DNA from: Dictyostelium discoideum
Taxonomy: Eukaryota
Assembly (NCBI GenBank): GCA_000004695.1
Contig: CM000153.2
Span: 416,001-480,000 of the forward strand
DNA: 64,000 nucleotides
Direction: 5' to 3'
The notes beneath the pieces are model-generated. The model was not told the origin of the DNA, ran no database searches, and saw nothing but the letters and a program-made list of their open reading frames with translations. A program made the translations under genes and the position numbers. This document shows, piece after piece, positions 30,640-49,143 of this stretch (position 1 is the stretch's first letter; every line of letters starts with the position of its first letter).

Positions 30640-31716
30640 TTAAGTTTTTTTATGAGAAGATGGCCAAGTTGGCATTAATAAAGGATCTCTTGGTTGAGGA
30701 TTTTCAAAGAAATAAGGATGTTTTAATGCATCAGAAGCAGAGATTCTAGCTTCAGGATTTAATTCTAAAAGTTTATTTAATAGATCGAAAGCATTATCGG
30801 TGATATGAGGGAATTTTGATTTTAAGTTATTATAAGGTTGATCTGTAAGATTAAAATATTTAGCCAAAGGTAATTTAAAGAAAGCAGGCCAACTTTTTTC
30901 AGTGGGCGTACCAAATAATTTGAAAATTTTATCCATTTGGTCAATTTCAGAAGAGCCTTGCAACAAGACCTCCTTTGAGATGATCTCTGCGAAAATGCAA
31001 CCAACTGACCAAATATCGATCGCAGGCGTATAGATCTCTGTGTCTAACAAAAGTTCAGGAGCACGATACCAAAGTGTGACGACACCCTTTGATAATGGTT
31101 TAAGGGGTGACCCGTATTCTCTGGCGAGACCAAAGTCTGCAATTTTTAAGACACCCTTGTTTGTGTATAATAGATTGGCAGTTTTCAAATCCCTGTGTAT
31201 CACCCAATTGTCGTGCATGTATGAAACGCCATTTAGCAGTTGCTGTATTAGAGTTTTGATTTCTGATGGGAGGAAGGGCTTTTTGATGACCTCCATCAGG
31301 CCACGGAGGTCATGGTCGATGAATTCCATTGCCATGAAGATACTATTGATGTTTTTGCCCAACACGATCTCTTTGATTTGAACTATATTATCGTGTTTTA
31401 GTTCCATCAACACCTTTATCTCTCTAACACTTGTTATTGGTATACCCTCACGCTCTCTCTCCATTTTAATTTTTTTTAATGCTACAATCTCTTCTGTCTC
31501 TTTATCTTGAGCACAATATACAACACCAAATGCACCTTCATTAATTGTATATAATTTCTTAAAACAATCAACACTCCTACATGCTGAATATGGACTTCTT
31601 AAACTACTAAAATATTGTTTTTCTTTATTTTTAAAATTCTCTTTTAATATTTCTTTATTTTCATTTTCTTTAATATTACAAGTTTCTTTATTTTCATTTT
31701 CTTGAATATTTGACAT
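30640..31716 (-). CDS. cdk10: Cyclin-dependent kinase, CDK10 (PISSLRE)-like, with a PITSVRE helix; single exon, about 358 aa
   Basis: [67 protein letters not shown]...[13 protein letters not shown] and [12 protein letters not shown]. The length and the absence of a long RE-rich N-terminus favour CDK10 over CDK11. The ORF track begins at a TTG at 31722; the first ATG is at 31716. Confidence 0.82.
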   Translation of the reverse strand: MSNIQENENKETCNIKENENKEILKENFKNKEKQYFSSLRSPYSACRSVDCFKKLYTINEGAFGVVYCAQDKETEEIVALKKIKMEREREGIPITSVREIKVLMELKHDNIVQIKEIVLGKNINSIFMAMEFIDHDLRGLMEVIKKPFLPSEIKTLIQQLLNGVSYMHDNWVIHRDLKTANLLYTNKGVLKIADFGLAREYGSPLKPLSKGVVTLWYRAPELLLDTEIYTPAIDIWSVGCIFAEIISKEVLLQGSSEIDQMDKIFKLFGTPTEKSWPAFFKLPLAKYFNLTDQPYNNLKSKFPHITDNAFDLLNKLLELNPEARISASDALKHPYFFENPQPRDPLLMPTWPSSHKKT

Positions 31717-31878
31717 TTTCAAAAAAAAAAATAATAAAAAAAAAAAAAAAAAAAAAAAAAAATGAAAAAAAAAGTAAAAAAATAAAAATTATAAAAATAA
31801 AAAGCAAATAAAAAAAATAATTATAATTATTATAATAATAATAATTATTATAATTATAATTATTAATTTATTATTATT

Positions 31879-33138
31879 TTATTTTTTTTTAATAATTGTA
31901 AAAAAGTCACTTAAAAGATTACCAATTAAAATTTTACCATTATGTTCAATTGTGCTTGTAATTGTTGGAAAATCATTAGAGGTTTGGAAATAATTTAAGA
32001 TTTTACCAGTTTGAGTATCAGCAACTACTATTGAAGGTTTTTGAGGTCTCATTTTTAAATATGGTATTCTCAAGAAAATATTTTTGAGTATTGGATATGG
32101 ATGAATTAAATCTATAAACCAATTTCTACCACCAAATATACTAATATAAAGTTTTCCTTCTTTGAAATCAACATCAACACCATCTGGATAGCCTGGTAAA
32201 TTATCAATGAAAACTTCAGATTTACCTTTATTTGCACCTTTGATCCAGTATCTAAAAACTTTACATCCAGTGGTTTCACCAATGAAAATACTCTCTTCTT
32301 TTGGATCAAATGCAACACCATTTGAATATTTAAAACCATCCATTAAAACTTTAGTTTCCTTTGTATTTGGATTATAAGATAATAATTTACCATGACTAAC
32401 AGTGGTAACTAATGTATACATTGATGGTATTAAAGTATTCCAATCACCAGTATTATCTAAAATTGGCGCAATACTTGTACTATCTGTAAAATAAATCATA
32501 TCATCATTTCCAACAATTACATCCTTTTTTTTAAAAAAAAAAATAATAAATATTTAATTAATAATTTTTATTTATATATATAAATTTATTAAAAACACAC
32601 TTACATTTACAAAATTTAATTTTGAATGAGTTTTATTTGAATTTAAAAATGATGAAGTTAAAATTGAAAGTTGATTAGATTTAATATCAAATTTTAATAA
32701 ACCTTTGACGGAATCTGCTATAACTAAATTATCATCATTATCCATTGTTATACCTAAAGGACGACCACAAGTTAAAACGTATTCGGTTTTTGTTGGTAAT
32801 GCTTGATCTAATAATTTTCTTGGAACTGGTAAAAAGGGTGCTGATAATGAATGAATATTACCAGTTTTTAAAGCGAAATAAACCTTTTTACCATCTTTTG
32901 AAACTGCAATTGATTCTGGTCCTTCAACATCTAATTTAACATATTCGGCATCATTTAGATAAAATTCTGAAACTGTTTTATATTGGTCACTTGCATTAGT
33001 TAAATCAGGTTGGGGTGAATATGATTGTGGTTCTAAATCAATTTGATATCTTAAAAAAAAAATTGAATATGATGGTAATAATGCAATATATGTTAATAAT
33101 ATAAATATAATTATTACTAATATATTATTTTGTGTCAT
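31879..33138 (-). CDS. Strictosidine synthase-like / APMAP-family six-bladed beta-propeller protein with N-terminal signal anchor, 2 exons: 33138..32605 and 32523..31879; about 392 aa
   Basis: GPESIAVSKDG, LTCGRPLGI, DMIYFTDSTS, LLSYNPNTKETKVLMDGFKYSNGVAF, FIGETTGCKVFRYWIKG and LPGYPDGVD are typical of the family. Donor GTAAGT at 32604 and acceptor AAAAAG at 32524 keep phase 0. Confidence 0.8.
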
Positions 33139-33360
33139 TTTTTTTTTTATAATTTTTTATTTATTTATTTGAATATATAAAAAATTAATATTTGTTTAAA
33201 AAAAAAAGAAAAAATAAAAAATAAAAAAAAAATAAAAAAACTGTTGGATTAAAAAAAATTAAAAAAAAAAAATAATTTATATTTAATAATTCATAATTAA
33301 AAAAAAAAAAAAAAAAAAGGATAAAAGAACGAATTGGGTGTTTTTTTTTTTTTTCAAAAA

Positions 33361-33525
33361 ATTATAATTCTTCTTATTATCGTCATAATAATTCCAATTG
33401 GGGTTAATGAATAACAAAATAAAAAATTTCAGATTTCAATATTAAAAAATAATATTAATAAAAAAGAATATTTTTTTTTTAATTCCAATTGGAATTATTA
33501 TGACGATAATAAGAATAATTATAAT
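33361..33525. repeat. 41-bp near-perfect inverted repeat (arms 33361..33402 and 33481..33525, 1 mismatch) around a 78-bp A/T spacer; MITE-like or cruciform-forming element
   Basis: Left arm attataattcttcttattatcgtcataataattccaattgg. The reverse complement of the right arm is attataattattcttattatcgtcataataattccaattgg. The right arm begins with the perfect 16-bp palindrome aattccaattggaatt. Confidence 0.7.
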
Positions 33526-33906
33526 GAAAAGTTCTGTCATAAAGAGTTTTTTAATTTTTTAAAAAGTCTAATTTTTGAACTTCATTGAAAAATAAAAAAA
33601 AAAAAAAAATAAAAAAGTAATTTGTGGTTTAAAATTTATCATTATTTGATTAAATTATTTATTTTTTTTTACTATTTTTTTTTTAATTTAAATTTATAAA
33701 AGGGCAAATCTAGCATCATTTTTAACATCACAAATAATATCTTGATTTTTTTTTGAAATTTCTTTTTTTGAAAATAAAATTTTATTTTTTTATTTTTTTT
33801 TTTATTTTTTTATTTTTTAATTTCATTTTTTTTTTATTTTTTTGTTTTTTTTTTTATTATTAAAAAAATATTCACACATTATTTTTTAATTTATTTTATT
33901 TTTAAA

Positions 33907-33994
33907 ATGGATAAAGCAACATTAAGAAGAATAGATAATGTAAATATATAATAATGAATAAATAAAAATAAATAAAAAAATATTAATTTAATTT

Positions 33995-34037
<43 letters not shown>

Positions 34038-36098
34038 TATTATTATTATTTAAATAATAATAAAAAGACATTAAAACATTTAACAAAAGTATCAGATATT
34101 GAAAGTTTACATAAATCAACATTAAAAGATGAAATACCAAATGTAAAATTATTAAGATCAATATTAGATGGTGAATTTCATTTTGATCGTGATAGATTAA
34201 GAGAATTATTTCAAAGTTCAAATACATTTAATGAAAGATTTTTAATGGAACCATTATCAACTGATGAACATCGTGAACAAACGCTACAAGCATGTTTAGA
34301 GATTATTCAATTACAATTGGTCCAATTGAATGATATGGAAAAGAATCCAAAGAAATTTCTATCATGGTTTGAATCGATATCAATGTGTGATCCATCAGTA
34401 TCATTGAAATTTGCAGTTCAATATAATTTATGGGGTGGTACAATTCTATTCTTGGGTACAAAGAAACATCATGATAAATATCTTTCAGATATTGCCACTG
34501 GTAAATTACTTGGTGTTTTCGGTCTAACAGAATTAGGTCATGGTAGTAATGTAAATGGTTTAGAAACAACTGCAACCTATGATAGAAATACTCAAGAGTT
34601 TATTATAAATTCACCAACTTGGGAATCTCAAAAATATTGGCCTGGTAATATTAGTAAACATGGTAAAATGGCAACTATTTTTGCACGTTTATTAATAAAT
34701 GATAATGATATTGGTAGTGGTAGTGGTAGTGGTGATAGTGGTATTAAAAAAGATATGGGTATACATGCATTTGTTGTACAAATTAGAAGTGAATCAACAA
34801 GTAATAATAAATATGGTGAATTATTACCAGGTGTAACAGTTAGGGATATAAGTTTAAAGAATTGTTATAATGGTATTGATAATGGTGGTTTATCATTCAA
34901 TAATGTTAGAATTCCAAGAGAGAATATGTTGGATAGATTTAGTAGAGTTGACGCTAATGGTAAATATCATTGTGATCTTCCAAGTAATCGTCATTTCGCA
35001 ATGACTATGAGTGTATTTTTCATTGGTAGATTATGTTTATCATTAAATGCGCTATCATTTATGAAATCAGGTTTATCAATTGCCATTGGTTATTCAATCA
35101 ATCGTCACCAATTTAGTACAACTACCAAGTCAAGACAAGAGATACCAATATTAGTCTATAGTACAACCCAATTACGTTTAATACCATACATTGCAAGAGC
35201 ATATGCATTGGATTTAGCTCATAAAATGATTGCTGATCTATTGGGTAATTCAACGATTTCTAAAGAAGTGATTCATAGTTATAGTAGTGGTTTTAAGGCG
35301 ATTACAAGTTGGACATCGGTAGAATCATTACAATTGGCACGTGAGGTTTTAGGTGGTCAAGGTCTTAGATTATGTAATCGTATACCAATGTTATTGAATC
35401 ATGCTGATTTGATTACCACTGGTGAGGGTGATAATACAGTACTTTGTCAGCAGGTTACCAAATTCCTATTGGCCAAATATCATGCAACCATTAAATCAGC
35501 AGAACCTTCCAATTTCAAAGGTGAACTATCCTATATCAATCATCTCACTTCTCAACCACCAACCACCTCTTTATTGGGTGGAAATGGAGGTACTGATAAT
35601 TCATCGGTAGAGTTGAATTCAATAGCTTTCCATCAATGGTTATTGGAGAAGAGAGAATACATTTTAATTAAAACTTTACATTCTCGTCTCTATGGTAGAA
35701 TGGATGATGAACTAATTGAACCAAATACAGAACGTTGGTTCTCCAATTGGAATCAATCATTACCACTTTGTAAAATGATCACCAAAGCAAATGTTGATCG
35801 TTTAACTCAATCTTTCTTTTTACATAAAATCAATCAGCTAGCTTCCACTTTTGGTTCAACCGATACAAATACAATCACAATGTTAAAGAATCTTTGTCGT
35901 TTAGATACTTTATTTCAAATTCAAAAGGATTTAGGTTTCTTTATTAATAATGGTCTTTTAATTGGTGAAAGTAAATGGATTCAACTTCAAGATGAAATCA
36001 CTCATTTATCACGTGATATCTCACCACATTCCCATTTATTAACTGAAGCATTTGCTATACCAAATAAATTTAATCCACTTCAAAATTCAATTGAATAA
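33907..36098 (+). CDS. Acyl-CoA oxidase (peroxisomal ACOX family), 2 exons: 33907..33939 and 34068..36098; about 688 aa
   Basis: LGVFGLTELGHGSNVNGLETTATYDRNTQEFIINSPTWESQKYWPGN and GKMATIFARL are ACOX/acyl-CoA dehydrogenase N- and middle-domain signatures. The upstream in-frame segment LRSILDGEFHFDRDRLREL resembles the ACOX N-terminus. Exon 1 (MDKATLRRIDN|GTAAAT) is inferred. Confidence 0.82.
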
Positions 36099-36467
36099 AT
36101 TATAAAAAATAATTAAAAAATAAATTAAAAAATAATTATAATATAAATTGTCAAAAAATTGATAATTATTAATTTTCAATATTTTTTAATTTTTATTATT
36201 TTCTAATTTTTGACAATTTTTATTAATTTCCAGTTTTAGAAAATTTTTATTAAAAAATTGTCAAATATTTACAATTAAATAAAAATAAATAAATAAAAAA
36301 AAATTAATAATATTGGAAATTAATAAAAATTGCCAAGAATTTAAAATTAAATAAAAATAAATAAATAAAAAAAATTTTAAATTTTAAAAATTAATATTGG
36401 TAAAAAAAAAAAAAAAAAAAACAATAAAAAAATAAAATAATAAAAATAATAAAAATAATAAATATAA

Positions 36468-36502
<35 letters not shown>

Positions 36503-37095
36503 TAATAAATATAAAATGTTTGAAAAAATGAATCAGGGAAGTGGGAGATTTTAATTATATTAATGATTATGTGGAAAAACGAAAAATAGTTTTTGAGAAA
36601 AAAAAAAAAAATAAAATAAAAAAATAAAATTAAATAAAAAAAATATTTTTCAAAAAAAAACAATTCAAAAAAAAAAAAAAAAACTAAATCAAAAGGCGAT
36701 TGAAAGGTTGATAAAAAAAAAACACAAAAAAACACAAAAAAAAAACAATTGTGGTGTGTTGTGTGTTGTGTTTAAAGTATTTTTATTGTATAAATAAATT
36801 ATTTAAAAATAACAAAAATAACAACAACAAACAAAAAAAAAAACAATTCTTCACACACCCTATATTTATTTTTTTTTTTTTTTTTTTTTTAATTATTATT
36901 TTTTATTTTATTTTATTTTATTTTTTATTTTTTATTTTTTTAAATTAAAATTTAATTTGTTTGTTTTTATTTTTTATTTTTTATTTTTTATTTTTTATTT
37001 TTTATTTTTTATTTTTTATTTTTTTATACAAAAACAAAATTGTAATAATAAATAATAATAAATAATAAATAATTTTATAAAAATTAAATTAATAA

Positions 37096-39785
<2,690 letters not shown>

Positions 39786-40146
39786 AAAAATAAAAATAAA
39801 AATAAAAAAAAAAAAAAAAGGTAATAATTAATATGAATTCATATAAAATAAATAAATAAATAAATACATTTAAATGGAAATGGGTTAAGATAAAAAAAAA
39901 ATAATAACTGAATTCCAGAAAATATTTTTTTTTTTTTTCTTTTTGAAGTTCGAGACTGGGGTGGAGTATTTTTCGTATAAAAAAAAAAAGCTGTGAGAAA
40001 AATTTGAAAAAAAAAAAAATTAAAAAATAATAAAAAAAAAAAAAAAAAAAATTGAAATTTTTTTTTTTTTTTTTATTTTTTTTTTTTATTTTTTTTTTTT
40101 TTATTTTTTGTGATTTCATTCATTATTACAACAACTCCATACAAAA

Positions 40147-40478
40147 ATGTTAGCTCGTTTCTCAAGAACTGCAATTGTAAGTTTGTAACAAAAACAAACA
40201 AATGAAGAGATTGGGAGGGGGTTTATATGATATATATTATGGATTTAGGTTTTAGGTGAAAAAAAAAAAAAAAAATTCAACCAAACATATTTTATTATAT
40301 TTTATTTCAACTAAATAAAAATAATAAAAAAGAACAGAAAACAATTCAATAAAAAGAAAAGAACAACAATTTCGATTTTGCAACTGATCAATTAAAATAA
40401 AAATAAAAAAATAAAAATAAAAAAAAATAATAATTAACACTTGGTGTGTTGGTGATCATCTACTTTTTTTTTAGTGGG

Positions 40479-40526
<48 letters not shown>

Positions 40527-40634
40527 CCTTTTTCAAGTCAACGTCAAGAAAATAATCAGACACATAAACATATATCCCCCTTTCTCTCTTTTTTTCATTT
40601 TTTATTTTATTATCAATACTAATTTTTAATATGG

Positions 40635-40665
<31 letters not shown>

Positions 40666-41641
40666 AAGTGGTAGATATTTCTCCACCTCAGCAAAGAACA
40701 CTGCACCAGTTTCAGAGGCTGAAGAAATTGAAATTTTAAAAGCTGTCGAAGCACCACAATTCAAAGATGCAGTCAAGAAAACAAGACAACAATACCAAGA
40801 TATGATTTCCAAATTAACAAATGATGAAAGTGGTAAATCAATCACTCAATCAACTGGTCTCAGACCAACCATCAACATTAGCACTCCATCAGGTAAAATT
40901 GCTCACGCCCTTTTTGATGCTGCTTCATCCATGAGATCAGTTGGTATTGTTGCAAAGGAACTCACTCAAGTTAAAACTATCATTGATAAAACTCCAGGTC
41001 TCAAAACCGCTTTAGAAGGTGATATTGATAACTCTGAAAAAACTGTCATGCTCGAATTATTACAAGGTTCTGTCACTTTATCACCAGTTTCTGGCTTTTT
41101 CTTATGTATGTTTAATTAATATTATTAATTAATAATCATAATAATATAATCATAATAATATTTAAATGAGAATACTAATGTTTTTTTTTTTTTTTTTTTT
41201 TTTTTATTATTTATTATTTTAGACTACATGACTTATGAAAATAACTTTAAATTAATTAACCCAGCTTTAACTGATTTCAAACGTTTAGTTGGTTCATTAG
41301 ATACTGAAATGTCAATCAAATTAACTGTTGCTCATCAATACAGTGAAGCAGAGAAAAAAGATTTGGAAACCAATGTCAAATCTTTCTTCCCACCAGAGAC
41401 TCAATTCAAATTCAGTTATAATGTCGACCCAGAGATCCAAAAAGGTTACATTATTGAATCACCATTCATCAATCATGATGCTTCATACTCAACTGCCGTC
41501 AAAAAAGTTAAGGCTCAAGAACAATCAGTCCTTGCTGAATTCTTAAATGATATTAAAAATGGTATCAAAAATCAAACTGCCGTTTGGGAAACTAAAGAAT
41601 TTAGAGATAAATACTTAACTCTTGATGAATCAAAGAATTAA
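40147..41641 (+). CDS. Mitochondrial ATP synthase subunit O (OSCP / ATP5PO), 3 exons: 40147..40176 (MLARFSRTAI presequence), 40664..41105, 41223..41641
   Basis: The spliced protein ...LRPTINISTPSGKIAHALFDAASSMRSVGIVAKELTQVKTIIDKTPGLKTALEGD... and ...LSPVSGFFL-Y-YMTYENNFKLINP...KGYIIESPFINHDASYSTAVKKVK aligns along the length of OSCP. Donors GTAAGT and GTATGT; phases 0 and 1 check. Confidence 0.8.
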
Positions 41642-41655
41642 ATTAAATCAAATTA

Positions 41656-41691
<36 letters not shown>

Positions 41692-42536
41692 TAATATCGC
41701 CTATTTTCCTCTAACTTTAAAATCTCAAAAAAAAAAAAAAAAAAGTAATATATAATATAAATAATTTTTTTTCCTGAAAAAAAAAAAAAAAAAAAAAATT
41801 CCATCATTAATTTAATTAGTAATAATTGTATTTCATTCATTGATTAAAAAAAAAAAAAAAAAAAATATAAATAAAAATAATAATAAAAAAAAAAAAAAAA
41901 AAAAAAAAAACTATCCAATCCTTTTTTTTGGGACCAGTAAACCAGAAATTTTTTTTGTTTTTTTATTTTTGTTTTTTTATTTTGTTTTTTTTATTTTTAT
42001 TTTTTTTTTTTTATTTTTTTTTTTTTTTCTTTATTATATATATTTTTCCCTTTCTTTTTTATTTTCATAATAATATATTATTTATTATTATTATTATTAT
42101 TTTGGGGTAAAAAAAAAAAAAAAAAAAGAAATATTAAAAAAACAAAATAATTTTTATAATTTTTTTTTTTTATTTTTTTATTTTTTTTTTAGTCGACACC
42201 ACCCACAAATATTCAGATATTTAAATGTTGTAATACAATAAAGTATAATAATATAGACATAATTCAATTTTTTATTTTAATTTTTTTATAAAAAAAAAAA
42301 CAAAAATAAAACAATAGTATTTTTAAACAAATAATAATAAGCCAAAAAAAAAAAAATAAAAAAATAAAAAAATAAAAAATAAACAAAAAAAAAAAACAAT
42401 TAAAAAAAAAAACAGTTTCATATTAAATTTTTAAACAAAAAAAAAAAAAAATAGATAAATTAAAAAAAACAAAAAAATAAAAAAATAAAAAAATAAATTA
42501 ATAAAAAATATTATTAAACAAAAAAAAAAAATTAAA

Positions 42537-46904
<4,368 letters not shown>

Positions 46905-46915
46905 TTTCCCATAAA

Positions 46916-46950
<35 letters not shown>

Positions 46951-47264
46951 AGATCTAATTTTCTGTTTTTATTTTTAAAAAGAACAAAACAAAAATTTTA
47001 TTTTTATTTGAAGTTCAAAATGTCATATCCATTTATAGTTTTTTTTTTTTTTTATTATTTTTTTTATTTCTTATAGATTTGTTAAAAAAGGAAATTATTA
47101 ATTTTTTATTTTTATTATTTTTTTTTTTAATTATTATAAATATAAAATAAAATTTTTAGTAGTTTTTTTTTTACTTTTTATTTTTATATATTTTTTTTTT
47201 TTTTTTTTTTAATTATTTATTTTATTACTTCTTTAAAAAATAGAAAAATAAAATAAAATAAAAA

Positions 47265-48749
47265 ATGAATAATAGAAATATTAAATTTGTTTTTTTATTA
47301 TTACTTTTACTTATGTTTTTTGTGATTTTCAATTCACCAATATCAAGAAATATTAATAATAAATATAAATTTAAAGAAGAAATTATAGAAGATGATAATA
47401 ATAATAATAATAAAAATGAAGATAATAAAATAAATAATAATGATAATGAAAATAATAATAATAATAAAAAAGATAATTTTATTAAAAAGAATTTTTTTGG
47501 TAATAATTATATAATAAATAAACAAGGTAAAAAAATTAAAATTTCAGATGAAAAAGTATTAAAAGAATATCCATTTCCATTGATTGATTTGAAAACTCGT
47601 TATAATACTTATTTCTTTGAACCAATGACATCAATGTATAAGAAATTTCCAGATGTTGGTAAAAGAGTTCATTATTGTAAAGATTTGAATAATCCAAATG
47701 GTGATAATGTTACAGTTACCTTTCAATCAATGTATCCATCACATGAACCAACTTTACAAATTTATTTCAATCATTATTTCGATTTCCCACCTGAGGAGAT
47801 ACCATCATCACCTCCATCATCAACAATTCCAAGAGTTTTACATTCATTAGAACCACCCTATCAAAGATTTTGTACTATTTATGAACATTGTTCAAATAAA
47901 TTCAATTGGTCAATCTCTTATGAACGTACTGCAGATATACGTACTGGTCATTGTGATGATGAAGAAATTTTTCAAATTTTACCTTGGGAATTGGATACGT
48001 TTGTAATGGAGAATAAAACAAAATTTGCAAGAGAATTTAATAATAGAAATAAAAATTTAGAAATTAATAATATCAATAGCAACAGTAGTAGTAATGTGCA
48101 ACAACAACAACAACATCTTGATCATCATCCATTGGCAAGTTGGTTTTGTTCAAAATGTAATATTCATTTAATTAGTAATAGATTCGAATATGTTAGAGAA
48201 ATGATGAAGTATATTAATATTGATTCCTATGGTAGTTGTTTAAATAATGTCAAGCAAACTGAAAAAACTGGAAGATTTGCAAGTGATGCAATGGATGTTA
48301 AACAATCTTTTATTAGTAATTATAAATTTTATTTAGCATTTGAAAGTTGTAATTGTTTAGATTATACAACAGAAAAGGCATTACATGCATTAAAGGTTGG
48401 TACAGTACCAGTGGTTATGGCTCATCCCCAAACTTTAAAATACTTACCAGAGGGTTCATTCATTTACACTGGCGATTTCAACTCTGTAAAGGATTTAACA
48501 AACTATTTAAAATATTTGGATACAAACACTGAAGAATATTTAAAATATTTCAATTGGCGTTTCAATCAATCAATCATTGAAAAATGGAGAACTATTAATG
48601 ATTATCCTTTTAGACCAAATAGTAGAAATTGGGTTTGTCCATTATTTCATCATTATCAAAATTGGAAAAATGGTAAAATTCATTCTCAAACTTTGCATTC
48701 AACTCCATACAATGATTTATGTTTACCACCAAATATAATTAAAATTTAA
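47265..48749 (+). CDS. Alpha-1,3-fucosyltransferase (glycosyltransferase family 10), type II membrane protein, 494 aa
   Basis: N-terminal signal anchor (FVFLLLLLLMFFVIF). FYLAFESCNCLDYTTEKALHALKVGTVPVV matches GT10 motif I/II (FYLAFENS...DYVTEK). The C-terminal region resembles FucT. Confidence 0.8.
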   Translation: MNNRNIKFVFLLLLLLMFFVIFNSPISRNINNKYKFKEEIIEDDNNNNNKNEDNKINNNDNENNNNNKKDNFIKKNFFGNNYIINKQGKKIKISDEKVLKEYPFPLIDLKTRYNTYFFEPMTSMYKKFPDVGKRVHYCKDLNNPNGDNVTVTFQSMYPSHEPTLQIYFNHYFDFPPEEIPSSPPSSTIPRVLHSLEPPYQRFCTIYEHCSNKFNWSISYERTADIRTGHCDDEEIFQILPWELDTFVMENKTKFAREFNNRNKNLEINNINSNSSSNVQQQQQHLDHHPLASWFCSKCNIHLISNRFEYVREMMKYINIDSYGSCLNNVKQTEKTGRFASDAMDVKQSFISNYKFYLAFESCNCLDYTTEKALHALKVGTVPVVMAHPQTLKYLPEGSFIYTGDFNSVKDLTNYLKYLDTNTEEYLKYFNWRFNQSIIEKWRTINDYPFRPNSRNWVCPLFHHYQNWKNGKIHSQTLHSTPYNDLCLPPNIIKI

Positions 48750-49143
48750 AAAAAAATATAATAAAAATAAAATAAAAAGAAAATATTTTGGTTAATTATT
48801 TTTTTGGATGGATGAATGGTGGTTTGGGAATTAAAAATGATAATTTTCATATAAAATTTTTTTTTTTGTGGGTGATTTTTTTTTTTTTTTTTTGGTGTTT
48901 TTTATTTGAAAAATCTCATTTTGACCATATTTTTTGTGGTTAAACCAAAAGATATTAATTTTTTTTTTTTTTTTTTAATTATTATTTTTTTTTTTTTTAA
49001 AGGATTGGTGTTTGTTTTTTTTTTTTTTTTTTTTTTTTTGTTTGTTGTTTTTAATAAGAAAAAATAGGTAAAATATTAAAAAAAAAAAAAAAAAAAAAAA
49101 TTAAATATATAATAATATTTAAATAAAATAAAATAAAATTATA

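Noticed and set aside
40660-40845. 61-aa minus-strand ORF
   Set aside because: Antisense to OSCP exon 2, which has strong homology support on the + strand.
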